From NCBI RefSeq assembly GCF_009914755.1, contig NC_060925.1: a stretch of DNA of 64,000 nucleotides; one strand, 5' to 3'. The stretch's first letter is position 1; every line of letters starts with the position of its first letter. This document shows, one piece after another, positions 29,831 through 42,613 of the stretch. The position numbers were made by a program, and so were the translations under genes. The stretch comes from the human T2T-CHM13v2.0 reference genome, Homo sapiens. Under the pieces are notes generated by a model. It saw nothing but the letters and a program-made list of their open reading frames with translations. It was not told the DNA's origin and ran no database searches.

Positions 29831-31189
29831 AGGATTCCTCAAAGGGCCACGCACTGAGGGGCAGAGAGAGCTTCCCTAGTGTCCCGGATCCATGCTCCAG
29901 GGCCCAAAGGGAGGCTCAGAGCGTCGGTGCTGTGGGAAGCCAGGGTCTAGAGATGTGGTACTGGACTAAGGAGATGGCGTGGTCTTGCATGTCACCATGC
30001 TGGGGCCCTTCATCTTATCCCTGAGACTGTAACCTCCCTGGGGGCAGGGGAGGACCATGATTCCTCCTGCATCTATCTCCCCACCCAGTTCTGGCAGAGC
30101 CCTGCCCATAGTAGGCAGAGCCTGGCATCTCCAGGTAGGAATCCTAATCCTGGTTCTGCTGCAAGCTGTGTGATCTAGGAGTCACTTCTCTCTGGACCTC
30201 TGGGTTCTTCTCTGTCACTCTAGAGTAGCCATCAGTGGGGCTCAAGAGGAGACAGCCTAAAAATGCTCTAACTCAGCACGGGAAGGAGGAAAGCTCGGCT
30301 TTGGGGTTGGACCAACTGGTCTTTGAGTTCCAATGCTGTGTGACCTTGGCCCAGAACTCTCTGGGCTCTCTTTTTCTCATGTATAAGATGGGGCAGACAA
30401 TGAAGGATACTATGCCAGACAAGTGGGGAGCAAGTCCAAAAAGCCAGCAGGCAGTCGCTAGTAGCCACGATACCTCCTGGCCTCTTCCTCCCATGGTGCT
30501 CAATACTGTCCTCCATGGGATGATGGGCGCAGTGCTCCTCATTTCCTTTGCATGTAACTCACTTACTTAAATTTTAACTTTTTTTTAAAGAAATGAAGGA
30601 AAACACAGTTAAACAGCCATTTAGAATCATGACTCCATAATCCAGGAATTCTCTTTCCAACACAATCTGTTCAACAATTATTTTGTGAAGTGGGAGGGAG
30701 AGCACCACACTAAGTATGGTGTGCAGATTCCCCTGGGAGGGTGAAAATGCAGCTCCTCCAGATTGCTTCTCTCCCCAGAAATGTCAGTGTGTGTCCCAGT
30801 TTGGAAATATAACGTATCGAGTTTTGCTGTGCTCCAGGGGAGGGGTTCCTGCCTGCCAAGTCAGCGGCTAGTGGGGATGGGGTGAGGGCAGCCACGTTGG
30901 GAAGAAGGTTTTGGTTTTCTGCTGTTAAAATATCTTGTTGTCCTCTGGGGCCAGCCATGTTCCAGGGCCTGGAATTGGGCTGTGTCATTCACCCGATGGC
31001 CTTGGGAAGAGCTGGGCTTAGGGTCAAGCTCCAGCTTTGTCACCTGCTGGCTACGTGGCTTCAGGAAAGTCTCTTAGTCTCCCAAGTTGGGCCTTTGTCG
31101 AGGAGGAACGGGATTCCTGTAGAGGAGGGAGACAAAGGCACAGAAACCCATTTTCTAAGCTCCCTGGAAGGACTGGTATAAGGTTTCTC

Positions 31190-31595
31190 CCACAGGACTT
31201 TGTATACAACAGGCGTTCAACCCATGCTCTCCTCTCTCAGGGCCAGGTGCTTTGTGGATATGCAATGTACTCAGCCCCACAGGGCTCAGCACACAGTAGG
31301 TGCTCAAGTGGAGAAAGTGGATTCTCCTTTCTCAGGGCCCAGTGCCAGGAGTATGAAATACACATCCCTTCCCCAAACAGGGCTCAGCACATAGTAGTAC
31401 ATGCTCAGGTGGAGAAACTGGATTCTCCTCTCTCAGGGCCAGTGCAGGGGGTATGCGATACACACCCCCTCACAGGGCTCAGCACACAGTAGGTGCTCTA
31501 TGCACTTCCTTTCGCTCAAGGATTGGCACGCCGTCGGTGCTGGATGCATGTTCCCCTCTCGCAGGGCTCGATACATAGTTATGTTCAATACATAC
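31190..31595 (+). repeat. Degenerate ~97 bp minisatellite built from L2-like 3' ends
   Basis: cagggctcagcacayagtag at 31280, 31378 and 31473; ctcctytctcagggcc repeated three times. Confidence 0.8.
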
Positions 31596-31865
31596 CAGCA
31601 TCCTTCCCCTGCTCATTCCCCTCTGAGAGCAGAGACTGCGTCTTTCCTGGATGCCCCACTGCACTGCACTTGTGGCTGAATGCACAGCACGTGTACAGTT
31701 CATACAGACTGAACGGGCCCTCCTCCTTCCCAGCTGGGGTGAGCACAGCGAATGAAGACCATGTAGGCACGCGGAGAGAGGACAGCTGCTCCACATCCGT
31801 GAACTGGACCCGATGTGTGAACACAGTCACAGTCCCGGCGCCCCTTCCCCAGCCCTCTGGGATCA

Positions 31866-32151
31866 TTTGTTTTGTTTTGTTTTGAGACAAAGTCTCACTC
31901 TGTCCAGCCGAGGCTGGAGTGCAGTGGCGTGATCTCTGCTCACTGTAACATCTGCCTCCTGCGTTCAAGCGATTCTCCTGCCTCAGCCTCCCGAGTAGTT
32001 GGGGTTATAGGTGCCCGGCACCACGCTCAGCTAATTTTTGTATTTTTAGTAGAGACAGGGTTTCGCCATGTTGGCCAGGCTGGTCTGAAACTCCTGATCT
32101 CAGGTGATCCACCTGCCTTGGCCTCACAAAGTGCTGGGATTACAGGCATGA
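31866..32151 (-). mobile_element. AluS
   Basis: Antisense Alu consensus. Confidence 0.94.
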
Positions 32152-33028
32152 TGGGGTCAATACTCTGACTGCAGTCACTGCCTGGCTAACCTGCTTGTGG
32201 GCTCCTTGCTGGTGATCGCAGGTATGCAGCCACCACCTGCCTCTCTCTCCCTCCCCGCCACTTTCCTGGGAAGCAACCAGGCCAGACAGGCTGTGCAGGG
32301 CACCCTGGCAGCTTCCAGGCTCCACATTTCTCAGTCTGTGCCAGGACCAGGGCTGGACTCTGTGTGATGGAGGATTGGCAAGTGGGAAGTCAGCCAATAT
32401 GCCTTTCAAAGGAAGCACAGGAGGCACCATGACCCGGAGGGTGCTGGAGCCCATGAGGACACCTCACGCCCTCCCCACCACTAGGAGTCTGGGTGCTTCA
32501 TCCAATCTCATTTGTCTTGAGCACTACCTCTGCCACACTCAGAGCTTGGTGCTAGGGATCCTGAGGTCCCTGATCTCCAGGAGCCACAGTACCCTGGGGG
32601 AGGTGGATTACAACAGAGATGTCACAACGCAGGTAGGAAGTGCTTCTGTCTCCAAGGAAGCTCCGATGTCCCTGCCTGGAGTCATCGGCGGGGCTTCAGG
32701 AGAAGGTAATATTTGAGTTGGGGCTTGGTGGCTGCTGAAGATTACTCCAGAGGAGGAGGTGAAGAAGAGGACATCAAGTAGTGAGAAAGTGTACTGAGAG
32801 AGGCTCTTGGGTCAATCCAGGGAGCAGTGGGAAGCGGTGCTGTGATGGATTAGCCATGTCTGCCATGGGAGCACCCTGGGAGGGAGGCACCCCGATCTGG
32901 TTGCCCATGTCCCCCTCATTTTACACATGGAGAAAGCCCAGAGAGGGTGAATCATTTGCCCAAGGACACACAGAGTGAGGGAGAGAAGCCAGATCTCCTT
33001 TCCCAACCCAGGGCTCTTTCTATGATAC

Positions 33029-33513
<485 letters not shown>

Positions 33514-33653
33514 CTGTACATCAACCTGCTGGGAGTAGAGGGCCTCAATTTTCTTTTCTGAAAAATGGGGATAACCATTTACCCTCCTGAGCTCCTAGGG
33601 GTGTATAAGGGCTTATGAGGCAAAGTTTGGGAATATACTCTGTGAAGTTAAAG

Positions 33654-33817
33654 CAGTGGTCCTCACCTTGGCTCATACCTGCTTGACTTTAAAATCCTGA
33701 TGCTCAGGCGGTAGCTCAGACCAATTAAACCAGAATCTCTGGGGGTACATCTAGGCTTCAGTGTTTTCTAAACTGCCCAGGGTGATTCTAACATGCAGCC
33801 CAACTTGAGAAACAGTG
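33654..33817. mobile_element. MER5A1-like MITE
   Basis: cagtggtcctca...agaccaattaaaccagaatctctgggg...ggtgattctaacatgcagcc...ttgagaaacagtg. Confidence 0.8.
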
Positions 33818-33821
33818 GAGG

Positions 33822-34368
<547 letters not shown>

Positions 34369-34428
34369 GGTCCCAGAGGAGAGAAAGAAGCTGCTGGTAT
34401 CGTTGTCAGTACTCGGCACATTTCGAGA

Positions 34429-34570
34429 TTTTTTTTTTTTTAAAGAATTGGGGTCTTGCTACTTTGCCCAGGCTGGACTTGAACTCCCGGGCTCAAGCGA
34501 TTCTCCCATCTCCAAATAGCTGAGATTACAGGCAAATCCACCCGCCCCCGCCCTGCTGCCCTGTGCCCAG
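34429..34570 (-). mobile_element. Alu monomer (FLAM-like)
   Basis: Poly-T then ggggtcttgctactttgcccaggctggacttgaactcccgggctcaagcg. Confidence 0.8.
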
Positions 34571-36204
34571 CTCAAGATGCTTCAACTAGGCATTAAGTGT
34601 TCATTCTCATATTGCAAACCCTCCTTCCTGTTCCCAGTGTTCCCAACATGCTTCGCTGACTGCAGTATTCCCACCCTTTCCCAGCCCTGACTGGGGGACC
34701 TGGGGACCACTCTGAAGTTCACTGTACAAGCGCAGCCCCTGCAGGCCCCAAGCTGCTTGTCAGACAGGAGCCAAGCACACCATCCGCCACTGCTCATTTC
34801 CCTCATCTCCATTCTGATCTTTAGCAAATAGCGTCAGATATGATAGATTTTTTTTGTTTGTTTGCAAACCCAGCCTCAAGGCTGGAAATTGACGTCTCCT
34901 TTTCTCCTGATGCATCCTTTGCATCACCCTGTCTTTTTGCCCATGATTCCTCCTTGTCAGTGCCCCCCCCCAAGTTATTTCAGCCAATTCACACATTCAT
35001 TGAGCATCTACTATGTGCAAGGGGGATGACAGTGTGCTCTGTGACTGTGAGCAAGTCTGTTACTCACCCCAACTGGGCAGCATGTGGGTCGGGACCTTGT
35101 TTAATCACCTTGGTATCCAGCACAGTGGCTGGAAAATTAGTGAGTGCTCAACAATATTTGCTAAATAAATGCTGTTGAAGGAAGTCATGAGCTTAAAGAG
35201 ATTTGGTTTCTTTGCTTGTAGAATAGGGAGTAGAGCAAAGGCCTATTTCATGTGTTTAGTGAGGCATACCATTATTGGAGAGGGCTCCAAGTTACGCAAG
35301 TAGCAAGTCATCAGAGAAAGTGGAATTAGAACCCACGTCTATTACATTCAGGAACCTCCATTGAAGGCAAAAAAGTCCTTTGCCTTCTGAGGCAGAGTGG
35401 CTAGGTCAGCAGTACTGCTGGGTCTGGGAGCTGAAGCCAAGCAGGAAGCTCTGTGGGCTGGTTGGAAACAGAGCCAGTGGCAGCCCCGGCCCTGGCAGAG
35501 GAAAGTGGTCCAGGAGCCAGGTCAGTCATTGGCACCTTCAAAGATTGTCTGTGCAGGTGGAAAAACCAGAGCAAGGTAGGAGCCTTCATTCTCTTTCCTG
35601 GAATATCTGCTCAGAAAAGTCAGCCAGCAGGAGCCAGTGATGATGCCAAGCTGGAGGTTGGCTTGCTGGGACCAGTGCTTGGCTCAGAGGAGTCTGGTTT
35701 GGGGCAGCCTTCCCTGCAGGCCAAATGCAACCCTGTGGAGGGGCGACCTCACTGCCCACTTCTCTCTCAGAGCTGCCCTTGTGCTTCCCAGTCCCCTGCT
35801 TGAAGGAGTCTCTCCTACCAACATTGGCCAGTGTCCCAGACCAGCTTAGACCACATCTCCTCCTTGGATGAGAGGGTGGCATCTAGGAACACAACCATGG
35901 AGGGCTGCAAGTAGGTGCCATGGCCCAGACAATAAGCTGGGATTACGAATCTCACTGTATCCGGCTCATCTAGGCTGATCTGCAGCCAAGGGCCTGGCCC
36001 TGCTGGACTTTCTGGTCCAGGACAAATGTGCCGGCACTAGTGGGGGTACATAAAGGCATGTGGTTCTTCCACATTCATAGCTTTGGGCCCCTCCGCTTGT
36101 TCCCTGAGTCAGGCTTAATCTCTAAGAAATTCCAACTCTGAGAGTCAACACATTTATGATTCTAAGCATCCTTGGCTCTAGGAATCTAAAATTTTATTAT
36201 TAAA

Positions 36205-36690
36205 GGATTCTAAGTTTAGTTGTAAGAAACAGAAAATATGTTCTGCCTGGTCTCATAGTCATAGAAAAGTCCAAAAGTAGAACTAGGACTTCAGGTATAG
36301 CTTGATCCAGGAGTTCAAGTCATGCCTCCCTGTCCTTCAGTTCATGGTTATTTTATTCTTGGCATTGATGTTGTGGCATGATGGCTGCTGGTAACACAAA
36401 GCCTATACCCTCTCAGGTTCAAGTCCTGCAGGAAAAATGGTCTCTTCCCCAGCAATTTCACAAAAAGTTCACAACTGAGTTCTCATTGGCCTGGATTTGC
36501 CATGAGTCTATCCCTGAACCCATCACTGCGGTCAAGGGGATGATGGGATACTCTGATTGGCTTAGGCCTGAGTCACGTGTGCATGCACCCCACCCAAATC
36601 ACATGGCCTGAAGCAGGAGGGTAGTTCTTTGGAAATTGAGGGGCTGCTGTTAGAAGAAAGGTGAACAGATGCAGGAAGGAAAACATAAAA
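36205..36690 (-). mobile_element. Old MLT1 (J/K/L-like) LTR
   Basis: agttgtaagaaacagaaa, cttcaggtatagcttgatccagg, ccctgaacccatcactg, ctctgattggcttaggcctgagtcacgtg. Confidence 0.7.
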
Positions 36691-37109
36691 ACTGCATCCT
36701 GACATTCTGAGGCTACAGAGAGCAGTGATCCTATGAGAACTTGACTCAAAGCTCTGAGGGATTCCTAAAGTTAATCTCTCAGATTTGGGACAATGGACAG
36801 TGTTGGAAGCTGGGGATGAAGGGAGATCTCCTTCACTGCCCTTCCAGAGTTAAACAGACCACGTGTCCTTCACTCTTCCTTTATACCCAACTCTTGGAGC
36901 CCGAGTGTCCTCTTTACCTTCCTTCTCTGTTGTCATCTTGCAGTCAGCATGGCTAGTTTCAGATGGGGATGGTGGGGAGTGAGCCACAGTCTCTGCAAGT
37001 AGTGGCTGCAGGGAAGGGAACTGGGGGGCTTTGTCTAGTGGCTTTGGGGGACAGCCAGCTGTCAACCTGAATCTGTAAGAAAGAAAGTGGAAGCATAAAT
37101 GCAGCATAG

Positions 37110-37515
37110 AAGACTGAATTATCGGGCTCCATTCTTCACTCTCCTGGAGTAGTATTTCACGTTCACATCCTTGCCAAGGCCACACAGTGAGCCTAGTCTA
37201 CTTCCTCACCACTTGACTCTGGGCTTGGTCAGGTGTCTTGCTTTGGACAATGAGATGGTAGCAGGTATAATGAGGGAAGAACCTTGAGATGTGTTGGCGT
37301 GGTTCTGCTTGCCCTCTCATTCTCCTGCTGTAGCCAGAAAAGGAACTTGACCAGGGTAGCCTTGGCCCCTAATATGACAAGTGGAGCAGACTTGAGCTAC
37401 CTACAGCCTGAAGCAGAGCTCCCTGCTAGCTTCTAGACCTGTGAGCAAATTATTGGTGTTAATTGTTAAATGCTGCTGAGATTCAGAAGCACAGCCTGTT
37501 GTGGCAATAGCTGAT
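37110..37515 (+). mobile_element. Old MLT1 (H/I-like) LTR
   Basis: ttgactctgggcttggtcaggtgtcttgctttggacaatgagatg, cagcctgaagcagagc, gtggcaatagctga. Confidence 0.7.
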
Positions 37516-38729
37516 GAGGAGGATTAGAGGTTCTGGTATGGATCAGCCCAGCCCTGAAACTGGGACTTTGGGAGCCCTGCAGGATTAGGAGTTGGAAGCC
37601 TAGGTTCAGCCATCCCCCAGGAAGCACCATATGATCATGAGAGAGTCGTTCCTCCATTGTCCCATCTCTAAAATGAGAAGAATATGGTCTGACCCCAGCT
37701 TCAGACCTATGAGCCAGGTCCTGGAGTAGATGGGCCTGGCTCTGCTGCTTATGATCTGCCTCCCCCGTACCCCAGCCCTGGCCTGGGGAGTGGCCCCCCT
37801 AGAGAGTCATCATGCACCCTCACGCTTAGACAACAGACTGTATATAGAAAACACATCAGCCTATGATAAATGCAGAAATAGATGTGTGAAATTGTTCCAG
37901 GAGCAAAGAGGAGAGAGAATTGAAGGCTCTCTGGGGGAAAGAGTAGGGTAGGGCGTGGGGGTGGCTTCCCCATGGAAAGGATGTGCTGGGCCCTAAGGAT
38001 GAGTAATATTCCCACTGGTAGGGAAGAAGGGAAGGAGCACTCCAGGTAGAGGGAGTGGTGTGGGGAAGGGCTGGGAGGCAGGAAGGAGCCGGCATGTTTG
38101 AGCAACAATCAAGCCAGGCGGGTCGGGGCTGCTGGGGGTGTGGACAGGGACTGCCAATTAATGGGGTCAGAGAGACGTCATTGAGGAGGAGCAGACCTTG
38201 AGTGCCATGTTCAATGTCAGGGCTGTGTCTGTCCCTCAGGCAGTGGGGTGGGGGACATGCAGTGCTTGGAGCAACAGACACTCCCCAAGTGACCGGCAGG
38301 AGTGGCTGGAGTGTCTTAGGTCTCCTATGAGCCCAGTGGGGAGCAAGACTTGAATTTGGGGTTTCTACAGGCACCCATGCCGTGGGAACCCTGCAAAGTG
38401 AGCAAGTTTCAAGCGTAGGAAGCCCCAAGGCACTCAGCTGGAGTTAAGGAGGAGTGTGTTTTAGAAATAAACAATTCAGTAAGAAAGGGCAAGCTTCCAG
38501 CTGAGGCAGGTACAAGAGAAAGCATGAGAGTGGGAAGAGGAGCTCACCTGGGTTGTGGCATTGGAGGAGACTGGCTGAGCCACAGGTGGGACCCATGAAC
38601 CTTAGAGACATGAGGCTGCAGCGGGAAACCCTTAGGCCTGGGAACCAGTCAGACCCCAGTTCAAAGGGCTTTGCCATTTACTAGCTGTGTGACCTTGGAC
38701 TTATGACTTAACCTCACTTTCCAAGATTA

Positions 38730-39261
<532 letters not shown>

Positions 39262-42221
39262 TAACGGCTGACATTCACTGAGCACTTCTTATGTCTGGGC
39301 ATCGATCTCACAACTTTCCAGGCACCCCCTAACTTCTTAGCACAGCATCGAGATGTAGGCACTTCTATTAGCCCCTTTTACAATGAGGAAATTGATGCAC
39401 AGAAAGGTTAGGTGACTGTCCAAAGTCACACAGCTAGTAAGCGACGGAGCTGGGATTTGAACCCAGATCATTGGGTTTCCAGGGCTTGTGCTCTGAACCT
39501 ACATGCTCTATATATGATATGAGCAATTTGCACATCACACAAAGGGCACATAGAAAAATGTTGGCTATTACCTTGTAATCTAAATCCTACCAAATATTTG
39601 GCAGAGGAAACAACTCCTAGGAAATGAGTCTTCAGGGGCCCCCACGGGCTGGAAGGAATATGTTTTTCCAAGTTATTTAGATCCACAATGAGATGGAGTA
39701 GGGCAATCACATTACCTGGGGACAGCTATGTGCTGGTCACACTATACACACAGACTTATTTGATCCTCACAGCTGCTCTTTGAGGCAGGTGTTGTCTCCA
39801 TTTTACAGGTGAGGAAACAGGCTCAGAGAGTTGAGGCGACTTGGCCAACATCACCCAGCCAGTAAGTGACACAGCTATGAATAGACTGAAGTATGTCTGT
39901 CCACAAACTCCATATTCTGAGCCACCTGCTCTGCACGCCCCTTTGATTGGATTAAAAATGATGACAACCACAACATCCTTGGGGACAGGGGAAGTCCTCT
40001 GAACTTAGGTCCCACATGTGATGGTCTGGTTCCACTTTCCTGAGTCAGTGGAATGTTGACCATCAGCTGACCCCTGGCTGTGTGTACACACATTGGGAAG
40101 TAGAGGTTGAGAAGGAACAGAGAATGAAGCACACTAGGGGTGGGGATGAAATCAGCTTAGAGTTTTAAATAAAAATTAAAAGAAAAAAAGGCGTCTGCCA
40201 AACAACACATCCAAGATCAAAAGAGAATGGATGGCACCATCTCTGGTCTTTTTGCCCCATGTGTGATGAAGTGCTACTGTCCCCCAAAGAGCAAAGGAGC
40301 AGGAGAGTGTGGGATCGAAGTCAGCTGGGCTATACAAACCCTGACCTCTCTGACCTATATTTTCCTCATCTGTGAAAGAGAGATGATTATTCTCCAAGGG
40401 TTGTTATGAAGATTAAAGAAGATGGTACAGGCCTTGTCACACAGTAAGTACTCAGTAAATGTTTACTGTCATCATTATCAAAGCAAGGAATGATTGTAAA
40501 GGAAAGAAGGCAGGGAGTTTGGGAGTGTGGGAGAGAGACAGGAAAGAAGACAAGGAGAAGGAAGAGGAGAAGGGGTGGAGAAGGAGGAAAAAGAGGTGGA
40601 GGAGGAGGAAAAAGAGAAGGAGGAGGAGGAGTAGAGGAGGAGGACTTGCTGCCAGCCCAGCTCTCCAAGCACAGCCAGCTGTGCTGTCCTGGCCTGGGCT
40701 GCTCCCCATGTGGCCATTTAGGCCACTCATGCATTCCTTCTGCATCCTGCTGCCAGATGTGGCCCTAGATGCCAGCAAGAACAGCTGTCCTTTGTTGTGC
40801 CCAGCTGCAAAATGAGAATGCAGGGATGTTGGGAAGGGCGCAGAGGCTTGGAGGGGTGGCCAAAAGGACAGTACTGTCAGGAGGAAACCACACCACCATG
40901 CTCACCCGCCCTGGGCCTCAGTCTCCCCATTTGTGAAATGATAGGCTAGGCGATGACTTGGCATTTTGTGCCAGGTGATGCCAATCCCACGGTGTGTTTA
41001 CAGCTAGTGGCCCTGGCCCCTGCATCTTGTCCTGGAAGTATGGGCATGACTCGGCCCTCCTGGGTCCTGGAAACTACCCTGCCAGTTTGCAGGATGGCAT
41101 GACTCTGCTGGTTTCCAGGGAAGAATCTCATCAAATGAAGCCATTCTCAAGTTGGAATGTGAGCTCTGCCTTAGAAAGTTTCCCTTGGTAGATTGGGCTC
41201 AGAGAGAGGCTGTGACTTCCCTAAGGATGAACAGGGAGATGAGTTTAGTTGTGATTAGACTTAGGGTGAGACCTCAGTGCCACAGTAGGGAGTGCTGAGA
41301 GTGGGCACCCAACAGGGACTTAGTTCCATGGAGAGCAGAAGAGTAGAGCAGATAAACAGTATCTACCGCATCAGCAACGTTGGGTTCAAATCCTCTCCAT
41401 TAGTGTGACCCTCACCATGTCTTTCAACCTCTCTGACCCTCAGTTTTTCCAACTGTAAAATGGGAAGAATAATGTCATATAGAACTTGGGCTATAGTCAA
41501 ACTGCCTGGGTGGGTTTGACTGGGTTGCTACCTGCTGTAGCAACTTACTACTCTCTGTACCTCAATTTCCTCATTTGGAAATGAGGATGATAAGAGGACT
41601 TGCTTCATGGGGTGGTTGTGAGTTTGAAGGAAATAATACATACATAGGATCTGGCAATCAAGAAATGGCAGCCATTAATGATTATTGTTGCTGATGTTGT
41701 TAGTAGCATCCCTTGCTGCATAAAAAAGTATTTTAACTGCCAGGACACTGATGATCTGCCTACCAGCCCTACATGTCAGTTCAGGGGTCCTGGCACTGAA
41801 CAGGCTCCACCCTGCCTACACTGAAAGTGCCGGAATAGGAGCTGGCACTGAGGCAGCCCATCAGAGCTGCACAGATTCCTGACTGGGACGATGCCAGAAA
41901 AGCTCTTTCTTGCTGTCACTGCTGAGGCTCAGATGGGATTTGGTGGCCAGGGTTAAAGCTGACCTGGCTCCTGGCACCAGTGGGCCAGCCAGGCTGACTG
42001 GGGTGGTCAAAGGCACTGGGCAACTTGTGCCGGGAAACCAAAGCCAGAGAGACAGAGGAGCAGGGCAGAGTGGGGAGGTGGGGCTGGGATTCTGTGCTGA
42101 GTCACGAAGAGCCCGTACACAGGTAGGTGCACCAGGAACCTTAGATATTCCTAGGAGGGGGCACAGAGGAAGACCCCTACCCTCTGAAGGTTTAAGCAAC
42201 CCCACTGGGCACTCAAAAGTC

Positions 42222-42613
42222 AGGTGTGTCCTGGTGTGGTGGCTCATGACTGTACTCCTAGCACTTTGGGAGGCCAAGGTCTCTAAAACTCTGTCTCTAA
42301 AAATATAATAATAATAATAATAATAATGGCTGACATTTACTGAGCACTTCTTATGTCTGGGCATCAATCTTTGGAAGGCCGAGGTGGAACATTGCTTGAG
42401 CCCAGGAGTTTGAGACCAGCCTGGGCAACATGGCAAAACCCCATCTCTACGGAAGAAAAAATTAGTTGGGCATGGTGGCCCATGCCTGTAGCCCTAGCTA
42501 CTCAGGAGGCTGAGAAAATTACCTAAGCCCAGGAAGATCGAGGCTGCTGTGAGTCGTGATCACACCACTGCACCCCAGCCTGGGTGACAGAGAGAGACCT
42601 CATAAAAAAAAAA
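42222..42613 (+). mobile_element. AluJ containing a ~90 bp templated insertion
   Basis: Alu left arm interrupted at 42281-42368 by a copy of 39214-39308. Confidence 0.9.
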
